Below the pieces are notes generated by a model. That model worked only from the letters and a program-made list of their open reading frames with translations, was not told the origin of the DNA and ran no database searches. This document shows positions 39,526 to 48,824 of a stretch of DNA of 64,000 bases, piece after piece (position 1 is the first letter of the stretch; the number at the start of each line of letters is the position of its first letter). The stretch lies in contig CAWBKW010000002.1 in assembly GCA_963789515.1 (NCBI GenBank), positions 510,464 to 574,463 of the forward strand. The letters are read 5' to 3'. This DNA is from an uncultured Coriobacteriia bacterium. GTDB lineage: Bacteria > Actinomycetota > Coriobacteriia > Anaerosomatales > JAAXUF01. The translations under genes were made by a program, and so were the position numbers.

Positions 39526-40510
39526 CGGGAGCGGCGTCCGAGGCTGACTCGTCGACAGCATCGCGTGCCGCGAGCCTGCGCCGCCTGCGCGAGCGCCAGA
39601 CGAGCACCACCAAGGCGACGAGCAGCAGGACCGGTGCAAGTGCGATCGTCAGGGTGATGAGGGCGCGGATCACGGCTGCAGCGGCCTGGAACCCGCTGGT
39701 CACCGCCGCCGAGAACCCCCAGGTTCCGCCGGTGGGCTGCACCAAGGCCCCGGGCGCTGACAACGCCAGCGTCAGGGTCGCCATCGCCGTCTGGCGGTCA
39801 AGGTAGGCGATCTGCGCCTGCATCGCTTCGATCTCGCCGCGGACTCGTGAGAGCTCGCTCTCGATCAAGAGCATCTCACTGACCTTGGTCGCCTTGTCGA
39901 AGAAGCTACGAAGCCGGATCTCCTCTGCCTGCAGGTTCTTGAGCCGCGCCGAGAGATCGACGTACTGCTGCGTGACATCGCTCTGAGCAGCCGACTGGGT
40001 CAGTACCTTGCCGAGCTTGGCGGCCTGCGCCTCGACCGACGCCAGCTTCTGGGACGGGACGCGCAGCGTGACCATGGCGCTGCTTGACGGTGAGTCCGAC
40101 TTCGCGGAACCGGTTCCCAGGGGCACCGGTCCGCCGACGCCTCCCTCGCCGGACTGCACGGACAGCTCCGTTATCTCGGCTGCATTCGCCGCCGCGAGGG
40201 CACGAACGGCCGCAAGTGATTTGTCGATGTCCTCGACCTGGAGCCCCATCGATGACGTGCTGACGATCATCCGATCAGAGGGAACGCTGCCAAGGGTCTT
40301 GGATTCCTGTTGTGCGATCGTCGGCTGCGCGGCGTCGCTCGGAGCGGGGGGAGCGACTGCGTTCAGGCCGCCCGATACGGCGCCGCCGGATTCCGAGACG
40401 GTGTCCGGGGCGGTTGTGCGTGCCAACGAGCATCCCGCCGACGTGGCGAGCAGAGCGGCGACGGCTACTGCGATCCCGATGCGTCGTACCTGACGGAGCT
40501 GGGCCTTCAT
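39497..40510 (-). CDS. DUF4349-like lipoprotein (signal peptide plus lipobox, coiled coil, C-terminal TM plus Arg-rich/acidic tail)
   Basis: MKAQLRQVRRIGIAVAVAALLATSAGCS is the lipobox. Coiled-coil region …LSARLKNLQAEEIRLRSFFDKATKVSEMLLIESELSRVRGEIEAMQAQIAYLDRQTAMATLTLALSAP…. The C-terminus is …LITLTIALAPVLLLVALVVLVWRSRRRRRLAARDAVDESASDAAPDEE. Confidence 0.55.
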   Translation of the reverse strand: MKAQLRQVRRIGIAVAVAALLATSAGCSLARTTAPDTVSESGGAVSGGLNAVAPPAPSDAAQPTIAQQESKTLGSVPSDRMIVSTSSMGLQVEDIDKSLAAVRALAAANAAEITELSVQSGEGGVGGPVPLGTGSAKSDSPSSSAMVTLRVPSQKLASVEAQAAKLGKVLTQSAAQSDVTQQYVDLSARLKNLQAEEIRLRSFFDKATKVSEMLLIESELSRVRGEIEAMQAQIAYLDRQTAMATLTLALSAPGALVQPTGGTWGFSAAVTSGFQAAAAVIRALITLTIALAPVLLLVALVVLVWRSRRRRRLAARDAVDESASDAAPDEESATPAE

Positions 40511-40632
40511 GGTCGGGCCTCCTGTCGGATCGTCTCGGAAAGAACGACAAACGCCCTCGCCGCGATAGGAAGCGGGAGAGCGTCTGACAGGTACTCAGAA
40601 GGTCGAAGAAGGCTAGACGTCCGCCTTCTTCT

Positions 40633-40773
40633 CGTCCTCGAGCTTCTTCAGCGTTGTGGCTGCGTAGGCACCGAGACCGATGCCCACCGCCACTACGACG
40701 AAGAACGCGAGGATCAGCACGTTGACAACAGCTGCAGCCCAGTTGGCGGTCATGTGACCGGTCCCTCCGTGTC
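40633..40773 (-). CDS. small single-TM protein (46 aa), hypothetical; not in the supplied ORF track
   Basis: ATG 40773 is preceded by GGAGGG (RBS) 8 nt upstream. The product is MTANWAAAVVNVLILAFFVVVAVGIGLGAYAATTLKKLEDEKKADV. Confidence 0.3.
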
Positions 40774-41029
40774 GGCGAAATGAATCAACCTGATTCTACC
40801 CGCACGGTTGCCGCTACGGCAAACAGCTTCTGCACCCGTCCTCCGCGCCGTCCTTCCGACTGCCTGTCTCTGCCGTTCCGCTCGTACGCTCATATGACGT
40901 CGCGGGCATCACGAAGGTTCGCGACCAGATAGGAATCCGCGCACGTGAGACGCCGGCGGTTCGTTCGCCGGCTTCAGGGAGGGACGTGGGTACCAGCGGG
41001 ACGTCGTGTCATGAAATGTCATCAGAGTG

Positions 41030-41058
41030 TTGCATTGTGGGACGAAGTGTCATACAGT
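41030..41058 (+). promoter_or_regulatory. candidate P_mraZ promoter: TTGCAT (41030-35) -N17- TACAGT (41053-58)
   Basis: The hexamers match TTGaca/TAnnnT with ideal 17-bp spacing, about 70 nt upstream of the mraZ ATG. GTGTCAT direct repeats at 41006, 41016 and 41047 overlap it. Confidence 0.4.
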
Positions 41059-41073
41059 CCTACATGTTGAGCG

Positions 41074-41097
41074 GGGAACACGTTCGAGGGTGTTCCC
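41074..41097 (+). promoter_or_regulatory. 8-bp perfect inverted repeat GGGAACAC-N8-GTGTTCCC in the mraZ 5' leader
   Basis: Read directly, about 30 nt upstream of the mraZ start. It could be an operator or an RNA hairpin. Confidence 0.35.
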
Positions 41098-41126
41098 GGG
41101 GGCACGGAACTGAGAGGGGGCTCGGG

Positions 41127-41561
41127 ATGTTTCTTGGCGAGTATCAACACACGCTGGACGCCAAAGGACGCGTCTCCCTGCCCGCGAAGTTCCGCTCGGA
41201 AGTCACCGGAAGCCTCGTCGTATCCAAGGGCCTCGACAACTGCCTCTACGTGTACTCGGCCGAGGAGTACCGAAGCTTCGTGGAGGATCTGACGTTGGGC
41301 AACGACTTCAACTCCAAGCAGCGTCACCTTCGCAGGTTCTTCGTGGCGGGGGCGCAAGAGGTCGAGCTCGACTCGGCAGGACGTATCTCACTGTCGCCGG
41401 CGTTGCGCGACTACGCCGGGCTGAAGAAGGAGATCGCCGTCACGGGCAACGGGAACCGGATCGAGATCTGGGACTCCAAGGCCTGGGCGACCTACAACAG
41501 CGAGGCCGAAGGTTCGATCGAAGACCTCGCTGAAGGACTGGCCGAAGCCGGCCTGTTCTAA
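41127..41561 (+). CDS. mraZ: division/cell-wall cluster transcriptional regulator MraZ
   Basis: MFLGEYQHTLDAKGRVSLPAKFR… contains the duplicated SpoVT/AbrB-like halves. GAGAGGGGG RBS. Confidence 0.95.
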   Translation: MFLGEYQHTLDAKGRVSLPAKFRSEVTGSLVVSKGLDNCLYVYSAEEYRSFVEDLTLGNDFNSKQRHLRRFFVAGAQEVELDSAGRISLSPALRDYAGLKKEIAVTGNGNRIEIWDSKAWATYNSEAEGSIEDLAEGLAEAGLF

Positions 41562-41564
41562 GCC

Positions 41565-42521
41565 TTGACAATGGAATACCGGCACACCCCAGTTTTGCTG
41601 GCCGAGGTCACGCAGCAACTTTCGCCGCAGACCGGTTCGATCATCGTCGACTGCACCTTAGGCGGGGCAGGACACGCGAAACGGCTTCTAGACCTCGTTG
41701 TGCCCACGGGAGTACTCGTGGGGATCGACCAAGACGACGCAGCACTTGACGCAGCAGCAGTCACACTCCGCCTCGGCCAGCAAATACCACAAGAGAACGT
41801 CGTTCTCTTGAAGGGGAACTTCGGGGACCTCGACGGCCTGCTCTCCACGGCCCAGATCCCCTACGTCGACGGGTTCTTGTTCGACCTCGGCGTAAGCTCC
41901 CCGCAACTCGACATCCCCGGGCGCGGCTTCTCCTACATGGAGGATGCGCCCCTGGATATGCGGATGGACCCGGGTCAACGCGCCCTTACCGCAGCAGAGG
42001 TCATCGCCACCTACTCCGAAGCAGACCTCGCCCGGATCATCCGTGACTATGGGGAAGACCGGTGGGCAAAGCGCATCGCAGCTTTCATCGTAGCCGCGCG
42101 AGCCCGCCGCCCCATTGAGACCACACACGAGCTCGTCGATGTCATCAAGGCCGCGGTTCCTGCAGCGGCCCGCCGAGAAGGACCTCATCCTGCCAAGCGC
42201 ACGTTCCAGGCCCTGCGCATCGAGGTCAACCAGGAGCTCGAGGTCCTACAGACGGCGCTCGAGTCCGCCACTCGGTGGCTTCGGCCCGGCGGGCGGATCG
42301 CGGTCATCAGCTACCACTCGCTGGAAGACCGCATCGTGAAGGTCTTCTTCGCCGAGCAGGCACGAGCGTGCACCTGCCCGCCGGATCTGCCCGTCTGCAC
42401 CTGCGACACCGTGCCGGTACTCCGAGTCCTCACGCGCAAGGCGATCGTGCCCGGCGCCGAGGAGATCGAGGCCAACCCGCGCGCCCGCAGCGCGAAGCTG
42501 CGGGCCGCAGAGAAGCTCTGA
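41565..42521 (+). CDS. rsmH: 16S rRNA (cytosine1402-N4)-methyltransferase RsmH (MraW)
   Basis: …HTPVLLAEV…DCTLGGAGHA…FDLGVSSPQLD…. Confidence 0.95.
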   Translation: MTMEYRHTPVLLAEVTQQLSPQTGSIIVDCTLGGAGHAKRLLDLVVPTGVLVGIDQDDAALDAAAVTLRLGQQIPQENVVLLKGNFGDLDGLLSTAQIPYVDGFLFDLGVSSPQLDIPGRGFSYMEDAPLDMRMDPGQRALTAAEVIATYSEADLARIIRDYGEDRWAKRIAAFIVAARARRPIETTHELVDVIKAAVPAAARREGPHPAKRTFQALRIEVNQELEVLQTALESATRWLRPGGRIAVISYHSLEDRIVKVFFAEQARACTCPPDLPVCTCDTVPVLRVLTRKAIVPGAEEIEANPRARSAKLRAAEKL

Positions 42522-42576
42522 TCGTGAAGAATCCCGGGTACCATGCCCGGCTGGTGGGGCGAGGAGGTGTTCGGCC

Positions 42577-43107
42577 ATGGGACTACCCGCGTTACGACAT
42601 GAGTCGCACACCGCAGCCGCTCGTCCACACCTTCGCGTAGTCGCCCCTGCCAAGAAGACGTCGTCGTCGAAGCGACGCCGCGTGTCTCACGCAGCGGCGT
42701 ATCAGGGGTTCGTGTTCTTCGCGGTGGCCGTCGCTGCCATCGCGCTCCTGGGAGTGGGCCGTGTCTGGCTCTCGGTCCAAGCCACGCAGGCATCGATCGA
42801 TTCGACGAACCTGCGACAGCAGATCAAGAACGAGCGCTATCGGGGCGACCTGCTCGAAGTCCAGCAGAGCGCTCTGGCGACACCTTCGCGTATCCTTGCA
42901 ATCGCGAGCGGGAGTCTCGGGATGGCACCGGCCACCTCCGTGATCTACCTGCGCCTGAAGAAGGACGAAGTCACGCCGGTGGCTTCGGCTGGCACAGGGA
43001 CGGCCGACAAGCACGGAGTCGGCATTCTGGAGCGGGCAATGGATATCGCGGCCGGCGAGGCGCAGGTACTGCTGGTGGGCGATGTCGGTCTCGCGTCCTC
43101 GCGATAG
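42577..43107 (+). CDS. ftsL: FtsL-like cell division protein (single TM plus coiled coil)
   Basis: Its position between rsmH and ftsI, with a basic N-terminus, TM helix (…GFVFFAVAVAAIALLGVGRVWLSV…) and short periplasmic coiled coil. Start uncertain. Confidence 0.55.
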   Translation: MGLPALRHESHTAAARPHLRVVAPAKKTSSSKRRRVSHAAAYQGFVFFAVAVAAIALLGVGRVWLSVQATQASIDSTNLRQQIKNERYRGDLLEVQQSALATPSRILAIASGSLGMAPATSVIYLRLKKDEVTPVASAGTGTADKHGVGILERAMDIAAGEAQVLLVGDVGLASSR

Positions 43108-43126
43108 GAGCCGGACAGGAGGTAGC

Positions 43127-44875
43127 GTGGCGCCAAAGCGCAGACGGCCGCCGGGAAGCGGCCGCTTCACGTTCATCCTCCTGATGTGCTCAACGCTCCT
43201 GCTCGTGATCGTCGTCCGGCTCGTCTGGGTCCAGGTCGTCAATGCCCCGGCGTACTCTGCCAAGGCGACTGCCCAGAGGATGCGAGACATCGAGCTCCCC
43301 GCCCGTCGGGGGACCATCTACGACCGCGAGGGCGAGCCGCTCGCGGTGAGCGTGGATGCGCGAACCGTCTACGCCGCGCCCAATACGATCAAGGACAAGG
43401 CGGGAGCCGCGCAGGCGCTCGCTTCAGTACTGGGCGGTTCTCCGAAGAGCTACCAGTCCAAACTGGCCAAGGACAGCGGGTTCGTCTATATCGCGCGTGC
43501 AGTCGACGTCGACCAGGCCAAGTCGCTCGAGGCGCTCAACATCAAGGGTATCGGCTTTCTTGAAGACTCGCGCCGGCTCTACCCGTCCGGAGAGCTTGCC
43601 TGTCAGGTGCTCGGCTTCGTCGGCAACGAAGGTCGCGGACTTGCGGGAATAGAGAAGCGCTATGACGATGTGCTCGGCGGTCGTGCGGGTGTGCTGCTGG
43701 GCGAGCGGGACCCCTACGGCCGCCCGATCCCCGGTGGGGTGCAGAAGAGCATCGACCCGATCGACGGGCATGACATCGTCCTCGCGATCGACAAGGACAT
43801 CCAGTACCACACGCAGACCGAACTCGCCAAGGCAGTCAAGGAGTTCGGCGCCAAAGGCGGCTCGATCGTCGTCATGAACCCTCGAAACGGCGAGATCTAC
43901 GCGATGGCCTCGACACCCGGCTTCAACCCGAACGAGTATCGAAAGGCGAACTCCGACGGCTTCCGCAACAGGCCCGTCTCCGACGCCTACGAGCCCGGTT
44001 CCACGATCAAGTCGCTCACCGCCGCAGCGGTCATCGACAAAGGGCTCTACAAGCCTTCGTCGAGATTCGATCTGCCTTCGACGCTGACCATCGCCGGCCG
44101 CACCATCCACGAGTCGCACGACCGCGGCAACGTCGACTGGTCGCTGACGGACATCGTCACCAAGTCCTCCAACATCGGAGCGGTGAAGCTGGGCCTGAAG
44201 CTCGGGAAGCGGCGTCTGTACGACTACTTCTCGGCGTTCGGCCTGACCGAGACCACCGGCGTGGACTATCCGGGCGAGGCACGCGGCTGGCTACCGGTGC
44301 CATCGGCGTGGTCGGCAAGCTCGATCGCCAACATCCCGTTCGGCCAAGGAGTCTCGGCGACTCCGCTGCAGCTGTGCCGGGCGGTCTCGGCTCTGGCGAA
44401 CGAGGGCGAGATCGTGACCCCCCACTTTCTGCTGAAGGTGCCCGAGGACCCCGACATGGAGCTGACCTGGCCCAAGCGGCGTGCCATTTCGCCGGAGGCG
44501 GCCAGGTCGACCACTCAGATGCTCAAGAACGTGGTCATGGAAGGCACGGGCACCGAGGCGGCCGTGAGCGGTTATGAAGTCGCCGGCAAGACGGGGACAG
44601 CACAGGTCGCCTTGAAGAACGGGCTCGGGTACGCGGAGGGAACGTACATCTCGTCGTTCATCGGCTACCTCCCGGCCGACGACGCCCAGGTGCTCATCTC
44701 AGTCAAGATCGACGAGCCGAGCAATGCCATCTATGGCGGTGTCGTGGCGGCGCCGACGTTCTCCAAACTCGCGCAGTTCTCGGTCGAACACCTCAAGATC
44801 CCGCCCACGACCACCAAGAGCCGACCCCCGACGAGCACGGTTGAGCCTTCTGACTCCGAGGACTCGGACCAGTGA
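43127..44875 (+). CDS. ftsI: penicillin-binding protein 2 / FtsI-type peptidoglycan D,D-transpeptidase
   Basis: GTG 43127 with a GGAGG RBS. N-terminal TM followed by the PBP dimerisation domain. Transpeptidase motifs are present: …STIKS…, …SSN…, …KTGT…. Confidence 0.85.
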   Translation: MAPKRRRPPGSGRFTFILLMCSTLLLVIVVRLVWVQVVNAPAYSAKATAQRMRDIELPARRGTIYDREGEPLAVSVDARTVYAAPNTIKDKAGAAQALASVLGGSPKSYQSKLAKDSGFVYIARAVDVDQAKSLEALNIKGIGFLEDSRRLYPSGELACQVLGFVGNEGRGLAGIEKRYDDVLGGRAGVLLGERDPYGRPIPGGVQKSIDPIDGHDIVLAIDKDIQYHTQTELAKAVKEFGAKGGSIVVMNPRNGEIYAMASTPGFNPNEYRKANSDGFRNRPVSDAYEPGSTIKSLTAAAVIDKGLYKPSSRFDLPSTLTIAGRTIHESHDRGNVDWSLTDIVTKSSNIGAVKLGLKLGKRRLYDYFSAFGLTETTGVDYPGEARGWLPVPSAWSASSIANIPFGQGVSATPLQLCRAVSALANEGEIVTPHFLLKVPEDPDMELTWPKRRAISPEAARSTTQMLKNVVMEGTGTEAAVSGYEVAGKTGTAQVALKNGLGYAEGTYISSFIGYLPADDAQVLISVKIDEPSNAIYGGVVAAPTFSKLAQFSVEHLKIPPTTTKSRPPTSTVEPSDSEDSDQ

Positions 44876-46372
44876 GCAGCATGGTAGAATCGGCGGCTGG
44901 ACGAGCGGAAGTGCCGATGACCGAAGCACTGATGACCAACCTATTGCGCGGTGTCGGAGCGACGCCGCTGAGCGCTTCGGATGCGACGGTAGGGGGGATC
45001 GCCTACCGTTCGGACAACGTGTGTCCGGGCGACGCGTTCTTCTGCGTCCGGGGGTTCTCGCACGACGGTCACGACTTCGCCGAGGATGCGCAGAGCAGGG
45101 GTGCGTCGGCGTTCATCGTTGAGCGGGAGTTGACCGCCATTCACGCGCCGCAGTTCCTGGTGACGGACTCGCGCGTAGCGCTCGCGCTCGCTGCCGCGGA
45201 GTTCTACGACCATCCGAGCCGGAGCATGGACCTGGTCGGGATCACGGGGACCAACGGCAAGACGACCACCACGTACCTGCTCGACTCGATCATGCGGGCG
45301 GCGGGGCGTGTGACCGGAATCGTCGGGACGGTCGAGACACGAGTCGCGGGAGAGCGGGTCGCATCGAACCGGACGACGCCGGAGTCCTCGGACCTCGAAG
45401 CATTGCTGGCTCGTATGCGCGACGCGGGCGTTTCGGCCGCGGCGCTCGAGGTTTCGAGCCATGCGATCGATCTGCACCGCGTCGACGGTCTTCGCTTTGC
45501 GGTCGCGGCATTCACGAACCTGACCCAGGACCATCTGGACTACCACAGCACGCTCGAGGAGTACTTCTCGGTGAAGCGCAGGCTGTTCACGGACTTCGAC
45601 GTGGCCGCCCGTGTCGTCAACATCGACGATGCCGCGGGGGCGGAACTGTCTGCCGCGCTCCCGGATCCCATCACGGTGGGGCTTGACGAGTCAGCGTCGG
45701 TACGAGCCCGCAACGTGGTGCTCTCCGCTCTCGGCGCGCGCTTCGAGTTGGTCGTGCAAGGGAGCGTAGTCCCCGTGGCGCTGCCTTTGTCGGGCGCGTA
45801 CAACGTCAGCAACGCGCTGGTGGCGGCCGGTTGCGCTCTTGCGTGCGGCATCGATCTGGCCACCGTCGTTCGCGGCCTCGAGGGGGCGCCTCAGGTTCCG
45901 GGGCGCCTGGAGCGGGTCGACGACGGGGGCGCGTTCGCCGTGATCGTCGACTACGCGCACACGCCGGACTCCCTGGAGAAGGCCATCCGGGCCGTGAAGG
46001 CGGTCACCCCGGGCCGGGTCATCGTGGTGTTCGGATGCGGGGGGGACCGGGATCCTGACAAGCGGGCCGCTCATGGGAACGGCCGCGGGCGTCTCGGCGG
46101 ACGAGGTCATCGTGACGAGCGACAACCCGCGCTCGGAGGATCCCGTGGGGATCATCCTCCAGATCGAGGACGGCCTCCGTCTCACGGGGGCTTCGTGGCA
46201 GGTCGAGGTGGACCGCGGGCGTGCCATCGCACGCGCGATCGCACTCGCCGAGCCCGGCGATTCTGTCTTGATCGCAGGAAAGGGACACGAGGACTACCAG
46301 ATCTTCGCCGACCGCACGGTGCACTTCGACGACCGCGAGGTCGCCAGGCGCGAACTGCAGGCATCATGCTGA
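44872..46372 (+). CDS. murE: UDP-N-acetylmuramoyl-L-alanyl-D-glutamate–2,6-diaminopimelate ligase; one apparent frameshift near 46065
   Basis: GTG overlapping the ftsI stop. …VGITGTNGKTTTTYLL…DYAHTPDSL…GCGGDRDPDKR| then frame 2 …MGTAAGVSADEVIVTSDNPRSEDP… up to the TGA at 46370-72. The extra G sits in the CGGG run. Because the frame-1 readthrough lacks a stop, the ORF track shows a false 967-aa murE-murF fusion. Confidence 0.85.
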
Positions 46373-47775
46373 CGGCCACGGTCGAGACCATCCTCGCAGC
46401 TACGGGCGGTACGTTGGTCTTCGGCTCGCCCGATGTCGTGGGAAACGACGTGGCGGTGGACTCGCGCGAGGTGGTCGCCGGTTGCGTGTTCTTCGCGCTC
46501 CGCGGAGAGCGCGTCGACGGACACGACTTCCTCAAGCAAGCGATCTCCGCCGGCGCACGTGTGCTGATCGTCTCGCGCGGGGACGACGAGCTTTCGGGCG
46601 TCTTGCACCATGCCGTCGGCAGAGAGGTCGCCGCGATTCGGGTGGACGACTGCGCCAAGGCGCTTCAGGACCTGGCGGCGTTTCACCGCTCACGGCTCAC
46701 CTGTGCGGTCGTAGGCGTGACCGGTTCGACAGGCAAGACCACCACCAAGGACTTCCTCGACTCGGTGCTTCGGTCGTCGATGCGTGTCATTTCGACCCAG
46801 GGCAACCAGAACAACGAGCTGGGCGTGCCGATGACGGTGTTGCGTGCCGGAGCCGACACCGAAGTGCTCGTCGTCGAGATGGGCATGCGGGGGCTCGGAC
46901 AGATCGCGGACCTTTGCGCCGTCGCGCGGCCTACGATCGGGCTCGTGACGAACGTGGGCGTGACGCACATCGAACTCCTGGGCACCCAGGATGCAGTGGC
47001 GAGCGCCAAGGGTGAGCTCGTCCGCGCGCTCGACTCTCACGGTGCCGCGTTCCTCAACGGTGATGACACGTTCAGCCCTGCGATCGCCGAGACGTCGCTC
47101 GCGCCCGTGACCTACTACGGCCTCTCGGAACGGTGCACCGTGCGCGCGGAGGGCATCGAAGTCGATACTCGCAGTCACGCCTCCTTCGAACTCGTCACTG
47201 ACGAGGGCAGGGTGCGTGTGTCGCTCTCGGTTCCCGGCCGACACAACGTCTACAACGCGCTTGCCGCGGCGTCCGTCGGGCTGTACCTCGGGGTTGGTCT
47301 CGACACTGTCGCGACCGCGCTCGGTTCGGCTGAACTGACCGCGATGCGCATGCAGACGTTCGTCTCGGCTGACGGCATCACGGTGATCAATGACGCGTAC
47401 AACGCCAATCCCGTCTCCATGCAGGCGGCCGTCGTCACACTGGCCGAGATGGAGTCGGCCGAACGGCGCATCGCGGTCCTCGGCGATATGGCGGAACTCG
47501 GCTCGCTGACCGAACTCGCGCACTTCCGAGTCGGCGAGGTCGTGGCGCGGCTCCCGGTCGACGTGCTCGTGACCGTGGGACCGCGGGCGCGGCACATCGC
47601 GGACGGCGCGCGAGCCGAGGGTATGTCGATCGACCACATCCACGCGTGCGCGACCGCCGGGGAAGCCACCGCGACCCTGCGCGGGCTTCTCCGTCACAAT
47701 GATGCGGTGCTCGTGAAAGCGTCGCGTGTCATGGGCCTGGAGTCAGTCGTCGAAGAGATCGTGAGCCCGGCGTGA
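46366..47775 (+). CDS. murF: UDP-N-acetylmuramoyl-tripeptide–D-alanyl-D-alanine ligase
   Basis: ATG 46366 overlapping the murE stop. …VGVTGSTGKTTTKDFL…DAYNANPVSM… The frame is intact. Confidence 0.9.
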   Translation: MLTATVETILAATGGTLVFGSPDVVGNDVAVDSREVVAGCVFFALRGERVDGHDFLKQAISAGARVLIVSRGDDELSGVLHHAVGREVAAIRVDDCAKALQDLAAFHRSRLTCAVVGVTGSTGKTTTKDFLDSVLRSSMRVISTQGNQNNELGVPMTVLRAGADTEVLVVEMGMRGLGQIADLCAVARPTIGLVTNVGVTHIELLGTQDAVASAKGELVRALDSHGAAFLNGDDTFSPAIAETSLAPVTYYGLSERCTVRAEGIEVDTRSHASFELVTDEGRVRVSLSVPGRHNVYNALAAASVGLYLGVGLDTVATALGSAELTAMRMQTFVSADGITVINDAYNANPVSMQAAVVTLAEMESAERRIAVLGDMAELGSLTELAHFRVGEVVARLPVDVLVTVGPRARHIADGARAEGMSIDHIHACATAGEATATLRGLLRHNDAVLVKASRVMGLESVVEEIVSPA

Positions 47776-48824
47776 TCCGGTTCGCCCAATACCCCACCTA
47801 CCAGGTGTTCCTGGCCGTCGTCATCGCGATGGTCTCGGCGGCGTTGCTCTTTCCGCTGTGGATCCGCTTGCTGCGTGTGCGCAATATCGGTCAGCAGGTC
47901 AGGGCCGACGGACCGCAGGGCCACCTGGTCAAGCAGGGCACACCTACCATGGGCGGCGTCCTGATTCTGCTCGTGGTGACCGCTACGTTCCTCGTCGAGG
48001 GGCGCACGTCTCGGCTGAGCCTGCTGGCGCTCGGGGCGATGCTGGGCTGCGGTCTGCTCGGCTTCATCGACGACTGGTCGAAGGTTTCGCACGAGCGTTC
48101 ACTCGGCTTGCGCCCCCGCGCCAAGCTGTTCTGGCAAGGCGTTGTCGCTGTGGTGTTCGGGCTGCTCGTCGTCAACTGGGGCGGGTTGTCGACATGGGTG
48201 CAGGTGCCGCTCGCCAACGCTCGGCTCGATTTCGGCATACTCACGACCACGATTCCTGTTGCGGGAGTGGCGATCGTGGTGCCATGGCTGTACTTGGCTC
48301 TGGTCTTCATCATGGTGGCAGGCATGAGCAACGCGGTGAACCTCACCGACGGACTCGACGGGCTGGCGGCCGGCACGGTGACGATCGTCGCGCTGGCCTT
48401 CGCGGGCATCGCCTTTCGCCAGAACGCGCTGCCCTCGGCGCTGCTTGCGGCCGCTGTCGCCGGTGCCTGCATCGGCTTCCTCTGGTACAACAGCTATCCC
48501 GCGGACATCTTCATGGGGGACACCGGCTCGCTCGGCCTCGGGGCGCTCATCGCCGCTCTGGCCGTGATCACCAAGACGGAGTTGCTCCTGCTCGTGATCG
48601 GGGGGATCTACGTGGCCGAGACACTCTCAGTGATCCTCCAGGTTGCCTCGTTCAAGCTCACGGGCAAGCGGATCTTCCGAATGGCCCCGATCCACCATCA
48701 CTTCGAGATGCTCGGCTGGTCCGAGACCAAGGTGATGGTCCGGTTCTGGATCATCACCGGCATTCTGGCCGGGCTCGGCTTCGCGATGTACTTCGTGGGC
48801 ACGGTCGTCGCGAGGGCCAAGTGA
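47772..48824 (+). CDS. mraY: phospho-N-acetylmuramoyl-pentapeptide transferase
   Basis: …NAVNLTDGLDGLAAG…DTGSLGLGALIA…HHHFE… with 10 TM helices. GTG overlapping the murF stop. Confidence 0.95.
   Translation: MIRFAQYPTYQVFLAVVIAMVSAALLFPLWIRLLRVRNIGQQVRADGPQGHLVKQGTPTMGGVLILLVVTATFLVEGRTSRLSLLALGAMLGCGLLGFIDDWSKVSHERSLGLRPRAKLFWQGVVAVVFGLLVVNWGGLSTWVQVPLANARLDFGILTTTIPVAGVAIVVPWLYLALVFIMVAGMSNAVNLTDGLDGLAAGTVTIVALAFAGIAFRQNALPSALLAAAVAGACIGFLWYNSYPADIFMGDTGSLGLGALIAALAVITKTELLLLVIGGIYVAETLSVILQVASFKLTGKRIFRMAPIHHHFEMLGWSETKVMVRFWIITGILAGLGFAMYFVGTVVARAK

Noticed and set aside
39223-39639. The full 138-aa ORF as given in the track for the small minus-strand protein.
   Set aside because: Its first 38 codons overlap the DUF4349-like gene 3' end in another frame and are Cys/Ser/Arg-rich. 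A shorter product from ATG 39525 (or 39366) is more plausible, and even that is low confidence.
44872-47775. A 967-aa ORF looking like a murE-murF fusion, a 781-aa ORF 47858..50203, and a 694-aa ORF 60131..62215.
   Set aside because: They are readthrough artefacts. The murE frame loses its stop because of a frameshift near 46065, and the true murE C-terminus and TGA (46370-72) are in another frame. The other two are shifted-frame readings that wander through mraY/murD and pstC/pstA/pstB.
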